Assembly: GCA_039802605.1 (NCBI GenBank)
Contig: JBDRWW010000007.1
Span: 1,891-65,890, forward strand
Length of the DNA: 64,000 nucleotides
Direction: 5' to 3'
From: a candidate division WOR-3 bacterium
GTDB lineage: Bacteria > Hydrothermota > Hydrothermia > LBFQ01
A program made the position numbers and the translations under genes. Below, piece by piece: positions 47,932 to 57,458 of this stretch (the first letter of the stretch is position 1; each line of letters starts with the position of its first letter). Under the pieces are notes generated by a model. That model had not been told where the DNA came from. It saw only the letters and a program-made list of their open reading frames with translations, and did no database searches.

Positions 47932-48741
47932 TTATCGTATCACAATCTCTTTTATTACCCTGCTCATAAACCTAAACTCCCCGAAGGCATACCCGTAATC
48001 AAACAAAACCCTATAAACATTAACCAATTCCAACCTTATAGGCCCTTCGGAGTAATAGCATTCATCGGAATTTTTTGGTATATATACGGTTATTGAGGGT
48101 AATGTATCCAAAACCTCCTTATAACAATAGTAAAATCCGAATGTGGTATCCCTCCCTACAAATCTCAACATATACCAATTTGCCTTATATCCCCTTTGCC
48201 ATATAAAGGTGTATTCCCTATCCGTGTACAATGTGTCGGGTAAATCGTTTAAATAAAATGTATCCGATGATAAAACCAGCAGGGTATCGTAAAAGTTGTA
48301 TTTCGGTTTGCTTGGGAAAACCCCTTTTAGTTTTAGCGTTTCTTTGGCAACACCATTTACAATATTTGCGGCACAAAAGGTGTATATCCCACCCTCCTTA
48401 AAAACCCTATCCTTTAAGGTATCATCCCAATTGTAAAATGTGTATCTATACCTCTTATCAAACTCGTCGCTCTGATATAACTGATAAACATCCCTATCCA
48501 TGAAATCCCTTGAACAAGCCGTATCCGATGTATCCCCCACCACAAACCACACAACCCCTCCCGTCATCCCATACCCAAGCTTATCCGTTCCGGTATAAAC
48601 CGTATCAAAATAAACAATTGATGTATCCAAGGTATCCGTCCACAATTCCCCAAACCAAACATAATCCCCAACCCTGCTTTCCGGCAATTTGTACTTACAC
48701 GAAATAACCAATAAAGACAAAATTAAAAATGCCCTTTTCAA
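47932..48741 (-). CDS. hypothetical lipoprotein
   Basis: MKRAFLILSLLVISCK lipobox; Tyr/Asp/Thr-rich; no motif recognised. Confidence 0.35.
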   Translation of the reverse strand: MKRAFLILSLLVISCKYKLPESRVGDYVWFGELWTDTLDTSIVYFDTVYTGTDKLGYGMTGGVVWFVVGDTSDTACSRDFMDRDVYQLYQSDEFDKRYRYTFYNWDDTLKDRVFKEGGIYTFCAANIVNGVAKETLKLKGVFPSKPKYNFYDTLLVLSSDTFYLNDLPDTLYTDREYTFIWQRGYKANWYMLRFVGRDTTFGFYYCYKEVLDTLPSITVYIPKNSDECYYSEGPIRLELVNVYRVLFDYGYAFGEFRFMSRVIKEIVIR

Positions 48742-49136
48742 TACTCGTCCTCCACCAATTCTATTAAAAAACCGCCCGTTGATTTCGGGTGTATAAAGGC
48801 AACGTTTCCCCCTTTTGCCCCCTTCATATCCTCAACCGCAAACATAAACCCATTACCCTTTAACCTATTAACCTCATCCTTCACGCTTTCAACCTTCAAT
48901 GCAAAGTGATGGATACCGTTCCCCCTTTTTTCCAAGAATTTATCTATGGTTGAACCGCTTTCCGTGGGTGTGATTATCTCCAAGGTCGCGTTTTCAAGTT
49001 TTAAAATGGCCACCTTTATCTTCTGATCCTCCAAAACCTTTTCGTAATATTCACTTTGCAGAACATCTTTAAATCTCTTGATTACATCCTCATACTCTTC
49101 CGGTTTTACCGCTATTGCTATATGCGAAAGCCTCAT
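48738..49136 (-). CDS. methylmalonyl-CoA epimerase / VOC (glyoxalase-fold) family protein
   Basis: LSHIAIAVKP…GNGIHHFALKV…GFLIELVE metal-binding pattern of the VOC family; 132 aa. Confidence 0.65.
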   Translation of the reverse strand: MRLSHIAIAVKPEEYEDVIKRFKDVLQSEYYEKVLEDQKIKVAILKLENATLEIITPTESGSTIDKFLEKRGNGIHHFALKVESVKDEVNRLKGNGFMFAVEDMKGAKGGNVAFIHPKSTGGFLIELVEDEY

Positions 49137-49206
49137 CCGAAGATTTTAAAGGGGACAAAGTGATGGCCGCATTGCAGGAAGATATACAACAGTAGAATAG
49201 CAAACC

Positions 49207-52107
49207 TTGAAAAGACTTATTGATTGGAGCGTTGAACATCCCATAAGCGTGGGTATAATCTTTTTCGCCTTGGTCTTTACGAGTTTATATTCCATAAGTA
49301 GGTTAAAGTTGGAACTCTTCCCGGATATTTCCCTTCCTACAATCACCATAATATCGGCATATCCGGGTGCTTCGGTAATTGATGTTGAGGAAAATATCAC
49401 AAAACCCCTTGAAAATGCTTTAAGGGCTGTTAGGGGAATAAGGGAAATAAGTTCAAGGAGTATAGAGGAATACTCCCAAATAACCGTATATTTCAATGCC
49501 GGTGTTGATATTTCAAAAGCCTATATTGAAGTGGTGGATAAGGTTAGGGGCGTGGAGTTGCCAAACGGTGCATTAAAGCCGAGTATTATACCCTTTGACC
49601 CTTCGGTTTTCCCGGTTATGACCGTAGCCTTTCCCGAAGATCAATACGAACTCGTTAAAACCCTATGGGTGAATAGGGTTTTGTCAATTGTGGGTATATC
49701 CCTAGTTCCAACCCTTAGAACCTATGAAGAGTATATATCCGTAAATGTGTTTCCCGAAAAATTGGCAATTTTCGGCATAAGGCCCTCAACTATATTCGGG
49801 CTTATAGGCGAAAGGGCATACTCCTTTCCCCTTGGAAAATCCTCTGTTATAAGCGGGAAATTGGATTTAAGCGGCATTAAAGACATTATAATCGGCAAAA
49901 GGGGGGATAGGCCCGTTTTCCTATACGAAGTTGCGGATATAAAGAATTACCGTGAAAATTACGAGGTATTACAGTTAAACAAAGGGATACCTGTGATAAT
50001 ATCCCCCGTATTCAAATCTTCCGATGCGAATACCTATGAGGTTTCAAGAAAGTTGAAAGAGGTGTTAGAGGAAATAAAAAGGGATGGTAGGTTAAATTTT
50101 TGGGTGGCGATGGATCAAGGTTTTTTAATAGAAAAGGTTGTAAAGGAGGTTATAAATACGGCTATTTTTGGGGGAATACTGGCTGTTATAATTATCCTTC
50201 TATTCACGAGGAGTTTTAGGCTTTCGGCGGTTATATCCTTGTCCATACCGATTTCATTGGGATTAACCTTTATATCCATAGACCTCTTTGGGTACAAGCT
50301 CAACGCCATGACATTAGCGGGCATAGCCTTGGCAATAGGTATGATAATTGACAATTCCGTTGTTGTAAGCGAGAACATTTACAGATATATAACCGAAGGG
50401 TATAATCCTAAGGAAGCCTCTAAGGAGGCAACTTATGAGGTTTTAAGGCCTATATTTTCATCCACAATTACAAACATTATAGTCTTTGTCCCCGTTATAT
50501 ATTTATACGGTGCAATAGGGGAAATAGCCAGAAATGTGGGTATATCTTTTGTTTCCGCATTGTTATCCACCCTCTTGGTATCAACAGCAATAACCCCCGC
50601 TTATGCCCATTACATCCTTGCAAAATCAAAGAGGGTAGAGTTTAAACTGGCAAACATCTATCGTAAGGTTCTAAGCTTTATGATTAAAAGAAAACTGCAA
50701 TTCCCCTTAGCTTTTGTATTACTTTCACCATTGGCTCTAATCCCCTTTGTAGGTGGTGAGTTTGTGCCAATATTGGACTCGGATTTTATATTCCTAGACA
50801 TTGAACTTCCCTCAAACACCCCATTTGAAAAAACCTCTTTGTATATGAAAAATGTGAGCAGATTGCTTTCAAAAATACCCGAAATTGAAAACTACGCGGT
50901 ATTTGTCAGCGCCCCCAAGGATGTCCCAAAGGGTATTATAGCATATGGTGGCGGTATAACGGAGACCTATAAAGGGCAGGCCTTTATAAGGTTAAAGGAG
51001 AGGGCTAAGAGAAAAAGGGCGCAGTGGGAGATAGAGGAAACAATAAGGAATAATCTCCCAAAATTTCCGGGATTAAAGGTTAGGTTTTTACCCGTTGAAA
51101 GGATAACCCTGTTTGGGATGAAGGGTAAGTCCGTATCCATAACGTTTTTAGGACAAGATAGGGAAACCCTTAAAAAGTTGGCCAACAGGTTTGCAGAGGA
51201 TTTAAAAAGGGTTAAAGGATTAACAAATGTCGTCGTTGAAATTCCTCCCGAAATGGATATTTTGCTTTTTAGGCCTAAGGAAATGGTAAAGATCACGGGA
51301 CTTCCAATATCCGAAGTCCAAAAGGATTTAGCACTTTTAAAGCTTTCACCGAAGGCAGTTGAAATAGAAAATACAACGGTCAAACTCAAATATGACGGGG
51401 ATGTATCCGTTTTACCTTTGGTTGGTCAAAGGACAAGGGCATATTTTGTTGATTTTGTTGAAGTTGAAACCTTAAAAACACCTTCAATAATTACTAGGCT
51501 TAACGGGCTCCCTTCCATAACCGTATCCGCCGATAGGACAACACCCAACCTATTAAGTGTATCCCTACAAATCCAAAAAATCCTATTGTCTTACAAACTC
51601 CCACGGGGTTATACATATGTTTTATCCGGTGAGATGTACGAACTCTTTGATATGCTTAAACAACTCACATTAGCCGGGATTTTAGCGGTTGTATTGATAT
51701 TAGCCGTAATAGTATTGCAGTTTGAATCCTTTAAAGAACCCCTTTTCATATCTTTGAGTACCATATTTTCGTTGGCGGGTTCCACATTGTTTATCTATGC
51801 CTTTGGTATAACCTTTTCCATTGTATCACTACTCGGTGTTTTAATTTCCTTCGGAGTGGTGGTTAATAACGGCATAGTAATGCTGGAACTGGCAAAGAAG
51901 ACGGGTATATTAAAGGCCGCCGAAATAAGGTTAAGGCCCATATTAATAACCAATTTAACCACGATTTTCGGCCTCCTACCTTTGATATTTGTGAAAACGG
52001 AAGGTTTTGAGTATAGACAGCCAATAGCCGTGGCTTTATTGGGTGGTATGATATTCGGCTTAATATACTCACTCTTAATATTACCCCTAATATACAAGAG
52101 GCCTTGA
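49207..52107 (+). CDS. RND-family efflux transporter (AcrB/HAE1-like), no adjacent adaptor or OMF gene
   Basis: 12-TM architecture with two large periplasmic loops; LAGIALAIGMIIDNSVVVSENIYRY (AcrB TM4 motif); 966 aa; TTG start. Confidence 0.85.
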   Translation: MKRLIDWSVEHPISVGIIFFALVFTSLYSISRLKLELFPDISLPTITIISAYPGASVIDVEENITKPLENALRAVRGIREISSRSIEEYSQITVYFNAGVDISKAYIEVVDKVRGVELPNGALKPSIIPFDPSVFPVMTVAFPEDQYELVKTLWVNRVLSIVGISLVPTLRTYEEYISVNVFPEKLAIFGIRPSTIFGLIGERAYSFPLGKSSVISGKLDLSGIKDIIIGKRGDRPVFLYEVADIKNYRENYEVLQLNKGIPVIISPVFKSSDANTYEVSRKLKEVLEEIKRDGRLNFWVAMDQGFLIEKVVKEVINTAIFGGILAVIIILLFTRSFRLSAVISLSIPISLGLTFISIDLFGYKLNAMTLAGIALAIGMIIDNSVVVSENIYRYITEGYNPKEASKEATYEVLRPIFSSTITNIIVFVPVIYLYGAIGEIARNVGISFVSALLSTLLVSTAITPAYAHYILAKSKRVEFKLANIYRKVLSFMIKRKLQFPLAFVLLSPLALIPFVGGEFVPILDSDFIFLDIELPSNTPFEKTSLYMKNVSRLLSKIPEIENYAVFVSAPKDVPKGIIAYGGGITETYKGQAFIRLKERAKRKRAQWEIEETIRNNLPKFPGLKVRFLPVERITLFGMKGKSVSITFLGQDRETLKKLANRFAEDLKRVKGLTNVVVEIPPEMDILLFRPKEMVKITGLPISEVQKDLALLKLSPKAVEIENTTVKLKYDGDVSVLPLVGQRTRAYFVDFVEVETLKTPSIITRLNGLPSITVSADRTTPNLLSVSLQIQKILLSYKLPRGYTYVLSGEMYELFDMLKQLTLAGILAVVLILAVIVLQFESFKEPLFISLSTIFSLAGSTLFIYAFGITFSIVSLLGVLISFGVVVNNGIVMLELAKKTGILKAAEIRLRPILITNLTTIFGLLPLIFVKTEGFEYRQPIAVALLGGMIFGLIYSLLILPLIYKRP

Positions 52108-52131
52108 CAAAAAATTTTACCCCCTTATAAT
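52104..52131 (+). promoter_or_regulatory. sigma70-consensus-like promoter TTGACA-N16-TATAAT immediately upstream of exbB
   Basis: TTGACA at 52104-52109 (overlapping the RND stop codon) and TATAAT at 52126-52131, 9 nt before the exbB ATG. Seen directly in the sequence; function inferred. Confidence 0.4.
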
Positions 52132-52140
52132 ATCAGGCGT

Positions 52141-52779
52141 ATGCAAGTGGAAACCTTGGTAGATTATTTCCAGCGCGGCGGAGGAGTAATGTGGCTTATC
52201 CTATTCGTGGCTTTGATAGCCTTGGCCATATCCCTAGAGAGGCTGTACTCTCTATTCATAAAGATAAGGACAAACCCCGTCAAACTCGTTGAAGAGGTGA
52301 TAGCAATAATAGAGGAAAAGGGCGCGAATGAGGCAATAGAGTATCTAAACTCAAAAAAGAGCCCGATAGCAAAGGTGTTAGCCGCCGGCCTCGAAAAGGC
52401 CGGAAAATCCAAGGTTGTGGTTGAAGAAGCGATGACCCGCAGGGCACTAAAAGAGTTGTCTTTCTTGGATAGGGGAATGATTTATATCGCCGCCGCCGTA
52501 ACCTTGGCACCAATACTCGGATTCTTGGGGACTGTAACGGGTATGATACGCGCCTTTGATGCAATAGCTAAGGCCGGTGAGGTTGAGCCGAGCGTGGTAT
52601 CCGCCGGTATATCCGAGGCATTGCTAACAACCGCTTTCGGTCTCCTGGTTGCGGCGCCCTTTTCATTGCTTTACAGCGTGTTTATGGATAGGATAAACTC
52701 CTATCAAAAGCAAATAGAGGAGGCTTCAAACTATCTAATAGAATACCTCGTTGAAAGCGGTATAGTTAGGGAAATTTAG
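52141..52779 (+). CDS. exbB: MotA/TolQ/ExbB proton-channel protein
   Basis: 3-TM MotA_ExbB topology with a conserved C-terminal TM pair (ALLTTAFGLLVAAPFSLLYSVF). Confidence 0.8.
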   Translation: MQVETLVDYFQRGGGVMWLILFVALIALAISLERLYSLFIKIRTNPVKLVEEVIAIIEEKGANEAIEYLNSKKSPIAKVLAAGLEKAGKSKVVVEEAMTRRALKELSFLDRGMIYIAAAVTLAPILGFLGTVTGMIRAFDAIAKAGEVEPSVVSAGISEALLTTAFGLLVAAPFSLLYSVFMDRINSYQKQIEEASNYLIEYLVESGIVREI

Positions 52780-52781
52780 CC

Positions 52782-53207
52782 ATGGCCATTTTCAAAAGGG
52801 TTCAGCTAGAAGAGGAGGCCGAAATCCCAACGGCCTCTATGGCGGATATCGCCTTCCTCCTTATAATATTCTTTATGACCACGACAAATTTTGCAAGGGA
52901 AAAGGGGTTAAAGTTTGTATTACCCGAGAAGAAAGATCAACCCCAGGAGTTAAAAGTAAAAAGCGAAAACTTACTAAAAATTTCTATAAACGACAGGGGA
53001 GAGGTGTTTTTAAACGATGAGCAAGGGGATTGGAACAACCTTGAAAGGGAGGTTAAAAGGCGTTTGGAGAAAAATCCCAAGTTGATAATATTTATAAGAA
53101 CCCACAAAGACGCCCCTTATGAGTATATGATAAAAGCCTTTGACGCGGTAAAGGCCGCCGGGGGAACAAGGGTTGGTTTGGGTATAATAGGGGAGGTTCA
53201 ACAGTGA
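52782..53207 (+). CDS. exbD: ExbD/TolR biopolymer transport protein (copy 1)
   Basis: IPTASMADIAFLLIIFFMTT single TM with the conserved Asp; periplasmic C-terminal domain. Confidence 0.8.
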   Translation: MAIFKRVQLEEEAEIPTASMADIAFLLIIFFMTTTNFAREKGLKFVLPEKKDQPQELKVKSENLLKISINDRGEVFLNDEQGDWNNLEREVKRRLEKNPKLIIFIRTHKDAPYEYMIKAFDAVKAAGGTRVGLGIIGEVQQ

Positions 53208-53611
53208 GGCTACCCAGAAAAAGGCTGTACAAGGCATCAATACCGACGGCCTCCATGTCCGACATTGCATTCCTCCTTATAATATTCTTTATGACCGTTA
53301 CCATTTTCAGGAAGGCTAGGGGTTTACCCGTTCAACTCCCTTATGCCAAAACCACGGAAAGGATCCTTAAACAGAGGGATTTGTCCTATATATGGATTTC
53401 CAAGGATGGTAAAATCAGTGTTGATGATAACCTCGTTTCAGCCAAAAGGGTATCTTTAATATTCCGGACAAAGATACAGGAAAACCCCGCACTCATAACA
53501 TCAATTAAGGCGGATAAAGATGTCCCTTACAGGTATGTTTATGATGTTATGGAGGCTTTGAGGGATGCCAACGCTTTGAGGATAGTATTCTCAACCCGTA
53601 AGGGGGGATGA
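53204..53611 (+). CDS. exbD: ExbD/TolR biopolymer transport protein (copy 2)
   Basis: IPTASMSDIAFLLIIFFMTV. Paralog of the preceding gene, with ATGA overlap. Confidence 0.8.
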   Translation: MRLPRKRLYKASIPTASMSDIAFLLIIFFMTVTIFRKARGLPVQLPYAKTTERILKQRDLSYIWISKDGKISVDDNLVSAKRVSLIFRTKIQENPALITSIKADKDVPYRYVYDVMEALRDANALRIVFSTRKGG

Positions 53612-54258
53612 TGAAAAAGGTTAATTTTATTGAAAAAATTCGGAGTGAAAATATCCTTGAACTTGAATATCCAAGGGATTTAAATATTGCCTTTACGGTT
53701 TCCTTAATTTTAACGATTTTGGTCTCTCTCTTCGGTAAGGGTTGTTCCGTTGAAAACTACAATCCGAAAAAAACTTCGGAAATTATGGGGGAAGAAATTA
53801 ACATACAAGCCGAAATAGAACAACCACCACCTCCACCGCCAAAACCAAAGGTTTCCTTACCGGAGGAAATAGTTGAAACCTCGGAGGAACAGGCTGATAC
53901 CGTAGAAGTTCAAGAGACCATAAACTTTCAAGAGGATGTACCTCCACCGCCCGCACCAACCCAAACGGTCTTTGAAGTTTATGAGGTTGATGAACCCCCA
54001 CAACCCATATTACAAGTTCAACCCCAATATCCGGAAGTGGCCAGAAAGGCGGGTTTAGAGGGAAGGGTTATAGTTGCCGCCGTAGTGGATGAAAACGGCA
54101 ATGTGATTCAGGCTACAATCCATAGTAGCACAAATCCGATTTTTAACGAGGCGGCCTTAGAGGCGGCAAAGAAGATGAAGTTTAAACCCGCGAGGCAAAA
54201 GGATATAGCCGTTAAGGTAAAGGTTTTAATACCTTTTGTGTTTAAACTTACAAAATGA
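53608..54258 (+). CDS. tonB: energy transducer TonB
   Basis: N-terminal TM; Pro-rich spacer QPPPPPPKPKV / VPPPPAPTQ; TonB_C domain YPEVARKAGLEGRVIVAAVVDENGNV; strong SD AAGGGGGG upstream. Confidence 0.75.
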   Translation: MMKKVNFIEKIRSENILELEYPRDLNIAFTVSLILTILVSLFGKGCSVENYNPKKTSEIMGEEINIQAEIEQPPPPPPKPKVSLPEEIVETSEEQADTVEVQETINFQEDVPPPPAPTQTVFEVYEVDEPPQPILQVQPQYPEVARKAGLEGRVIVAAVVDENGNVIQATIHSSTNPIFNEAALEAAKKMKFKPARQKDIAVKVKVLIPFVFKLTK

Positions 54259-54272
54259 AAGGGGGTAGGAAA

Positions 54273-57200
54273 ATGAAGAGGCTTTTTTCATTATTCTTAA
54301 TTTTATGGGCTGCGCCCCTTTTTGCACAGTATGGTAAAATAGTGGGTAGGGTTACGGATGATAAGGGTAATCCCCTACCCGCCGCAACCGTAAAGATAGT
54401 TGAAGGCCCTTCAAAGGGAGGTGCCTATGCGGACGATAAGGGTTATTTCGTGATCCTAAGACTTCCACCCGGAAAATACACCCTTGAAGCCAGTTATATA
54501 GGTTATAGATCCCAGAGAATTAAGGATGTTGTGGTTGAAAGCGATAGGACAACGGAGATAAATTTCAGGCTTGTGGAGGAAGGGGTACAGGTAAAGGAGG
54601 TGGTGGTTGAGGCGAAGGAACCACCCGTTAAGAAGGATGAAACCGAAAGTAAGGCTACGATAAGGAGCGAAAATATCCAAAATATACCCGTTGCCTCGTT
54701 GGAGCAGGCCATCTCTTTGAGCTCCGGTGTTAGGGTTTCGGGTGGGGTTATACAGGTAAGGGGAGGTCGTCCCGGTGAGGTTTCCTATGTGGTTGATGGC
54801 GTTGAGGTGGTGAACCCGTATACCGGTGTTCAAAACATAAGTTTGCCTCTGAACGCCATTCAGGAAGCCAGCGTTAGTAAGGGCGGCTTCGGTGCGGAAT
54901 ACGGTTCGGCTTCCTCGGGTGTGGTGGCCGTATCGACAAAAGAGGGTTCAAACAAATATGAGATTTCCCTGCAAATGTTTTCAAGCGTTGGCACAGGTGG
55001 CTTTTTCAATACAGAAGTTGGAGATCCTTATCTCAAATATTTTAGGAGGGAATTTTTCTACGGGGGTGACAAATACCAAGTTAAATATAATAACAACTAT
55101 ATAAGTGGGGGTGCATATTACGATACCCTTATGAAATTTGACAAAGAAAGGGCAGAAACATACAAGAATAAGCTCTCAGAATTTTCTCAAAAAGACCCAT
55201 TATTTAAAGATTTTGGATACACGCCAGTGGTTCGGGATTACTACGCATTTCCGTGGAGGGAAAATTATTTCAGGCCTATTATAGGCTTTGGAGGTCCAAT
55301 TTTACCATTTTACGACGCCCTAAGGTTTTATGTATCTTATGATTATACCAATACGCAGGGGAGGTTCCCAACCGAAGGTTCGGTTCAGGGGTCATATCAG
55401 GCAAAGATTTCTTGGTTTATAACACCACAGCTAAAGGTGTTTTTCGGTTCCGTTGGGACTAAAAGCGGATTTAGTGTGCTTGGATACCCATCCACATTTA
55501 GACTTATATTGCCGAGAATACCATATGCGGTAAGGGATGCAAGGCAATACTCTTTTGGTATAAACTACGCCCCTTCAACGAAAACATATCTTGAATTCAG
55601 GCTTGGCTATTTCTCCACCAAGACGAAATCCGTAACATTTATAGATGTTAATCAAAACGGTATAGCGGATATGGCGGATAGGGATGGGGACTTTCTCCCC
55701 GAGATAGATACCGGTATGTTAAGACTCATAGGTAGGAGTTTAAACCCAACATATGTACATGAATCCGACCCCAACGGTTGGGTGGAGTTGAAGTATTTCT
55801 GGTGGGAGGATGTACCGCAAAACTATAACCCAACATTTGCAAAGGGAACTAAAAGGCAAAACTATTTTGTAGGTGTCGTTAAAGGGACAAACGATACGGT
55901 TTTACTCGTGGTTGGTGATACCCTTTACGATTCCAACAATAACCCCGTTCAAGTTGATACCGTTTATACGGTAAGGAACTGTTATATACCCTATGAGAAC
56001 AAGGTTAAGCCCTGCACCACAAAGTATGTTTTCTCCAACATTTATACACCTACCCCTTACACTTGGTACACCCGCATTTTGGACTTTTTGGATAATAACA
56101 TCACTTGGAATGGTAGGATAGATCTTTTGGCACAAGACCCATTCGGCCTCAAAGGGCATGAGTTTAAGACCGGATTTGAATATTATAAATACTTCCTGAA
56201 CAGGAGGAGTATTGACTACGCGTCGGGCGGAAATATATACATAAACTATGTTGATGTGTCACCCGTAAAGTTTGCTTACTACATAAGGGATAAGATGGAA
56301 TTCGAAGGGTTTATAGCAAATGTCGGTATAAGGTTTGATTACTTTAATCCGAATTCTTGGTTCCCCGAGAACATAGAGGATCCGGTAAAATCGGTTAATT
56401 TTGCAAAGCAAAGCTTTATATTCACAAGGGATTCCGGCGTCTTCTACAATCCGGACATTAGGGATACATTCTTCCTAAAAAACCCCAAGAGGGCTCCTGC
56501 GAGTTGGTATTTAAGCCCTAGGATAGGTATATCACACCCGATATCCGCAAATCAAGTTCTACACTTCACTTATGGGCACTACTTCCAAATCCCAAACCTT
56601 AGGTGGTTGTATAACAACCAGTTCTGGATAATGACGGGTGCGTTTAACGTTATAGGCAACCCCACACTCAAGCCTGAAAAAACCATATCTTATGAAGTTG
56701 GGGTTAAAACGGCGATAACACCTTGGTTGGTATTTGACATTACGGCCTTCTACAAAGATATAGCGGACCTTGTTCAGAGTAAATGGATATACATAGGAAA
56801 TACCGGCCAACAATATACTACATTTGTTAACCAAGACTTCGGTTCCGTTAGGGGGTTGGAGTTCAACCTCTCAAAGACACCCGGAGGGGGCTCAGGATTG
56901 CTTGCACCTTTGACTTTAAGCATATCTTATACTTTACAGTTTGCAAAGGCGAGTTTTTCAAGCCAAACCAGTTCTTATGCATTAACATGGGCGGGCTTGG
57001 CCCCGGAATACTCGGAAGAACATTATGTTGATTGGGATGAGAGAAATGTTATAAATGCCTTAATATCCTACGATATCCCAATAATCAAATCCCAACTCTT
57101 AGAGGGTTATGGTATCTCCTTCATTTACACGTACGGAAGCGGTACCCCTTGGTCCCCACCTTATAGGGATGTTAGGGATGTTATAGAGAAGACCAACACT

Positions 57201-57446
57201 CTCAGGTTTCCGGCAAGGCCAAACCTCGATTTTAGGGCTTATAAGAGCTTTGCACTTCTCGGTGCAGATTTGAGGTTCTTCGTTGATATATACAACCTCC
57301 TGAATTTCAGGTATGAAACCGGTTACAGCGATCAGAATTATTACTACTATTTCGGTGATCCCGAAGGCGCTTCTAAGGATCCTACCGTTTGGAACAGGGG
57401 TAGGCTAACGAGGTACGGTTTGCAAATAACTTGGAGGCAAAAATAA
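54273..57446 (+). CDS. TonB-dependent outer-membrane receptor with N-terminal CarbD_reg-like domain (SusC/RagA-like)
   Basis: Signal peptide MKRLFSLFLILWAAPLFAQ; carboxypeptidase-regulatory-like GKIVGRVTDDKGNPLPAATVKIVEG; plug region; C-terminal aromatic (…ITWRQK). ~1060 aa. Start moved to the second ATG, which follows the SD AAAGGGGGT. Confidence 0.85.
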   Translation: MKRLFSLFLILWAAPLFAQYGKIVGRVTDDKGNPLPAATVKIVEGPSKGGAYADDKGYFVILRLPPGKYTLEASYIGYRSQRIKDVVVESDRTTEINFRLVEEGVQVKEVVVEAKEPPVKKDETESKATIRSENIQNIPVASLEQAISLSSGVRVSGGVIQVRGGRPGEVSYVVDGVEVVNPYTGVQNISLPLNAIQEASVSKGGFGAEYGSASSGVVAVSTKEGSNKYEISLQMFSSVGTGGFFNTEVGDPYLKYFRREFFYGGDKYQVKYNNNYISGGAYYDTLMKFDKERAETYKNKLSEFSQKDPLFKDFGYTPVVRDYYAFPWRENYFRPIIGFGGPILPFYDALRFYVSYDYTNTQGRFPTEGSVQGSYQAKISWFITPQLKVFFGSVGTKSGFSVLGYPSTFRLILPRIPYAVRDARQYSFGINYAPSTKTYLEFRLGYFSTKTKSVTFIDVNQNGIADMADRDGDFLPEIDTGMLRLIGRSLNPTYVHESDPNGWVELKYFWWEDVPQNYNPTFAKGTKRQNYFVGVVKGTNDTVLLVVGDTLYDSNNNPVQVDTVYTVRNCYIPYENKVKPCTTKYVFSNIYTPTPYTWYTRILDFLDNNITWNGRIDLLAQDPFGLKGHEFKTGFEYYKYFLNRRSIDYASGGNIYINYVDVSPVKFAYYIRDKMEFEGFIANVGIRFDYFNPNSWFPENIEDPVKSVNFAKQSFIFTRDSGVFYNPDIRDTFFLKNPKRAPASWYLSPRIGISHPISANQVLHFTYGHYFQIPNLRWLYNNQFWIMTGAFNVIGNPTLKPEKTISYEVGVKTAITPWLVFDITAFYKDIADLVQSKWIYIGNTGQQYTTFVNQDFGSVRGLEFNLSKTPGGGSGLLAPLTLSISYTLQFAKASFSSQTSSYALTWAGLAPEYSEEHYVDWDERNVINALISYDIPIIKSQLLEGYGISFIYTYGSGTPWSPPYRDVRDVIEKTNTLRFPARPNLDFRAYKSFALLGADLRFFVDIYNLLNFRYETGYSDQNYYYYFGDPEGASKDPTVWNRGRLTRYGLQITWRQK

Positions 57447-57458
57447 AGGGGGTGTGAA

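Noticed and set aside
49146-49496. 116-aa minus-strand ORF overlapping the start of the RND gene
   Set aside because: It overlaps the conserved N-terminal TM1 and first periplasmic loop of the AcrB-like protein. No motifs. Likely spurious.
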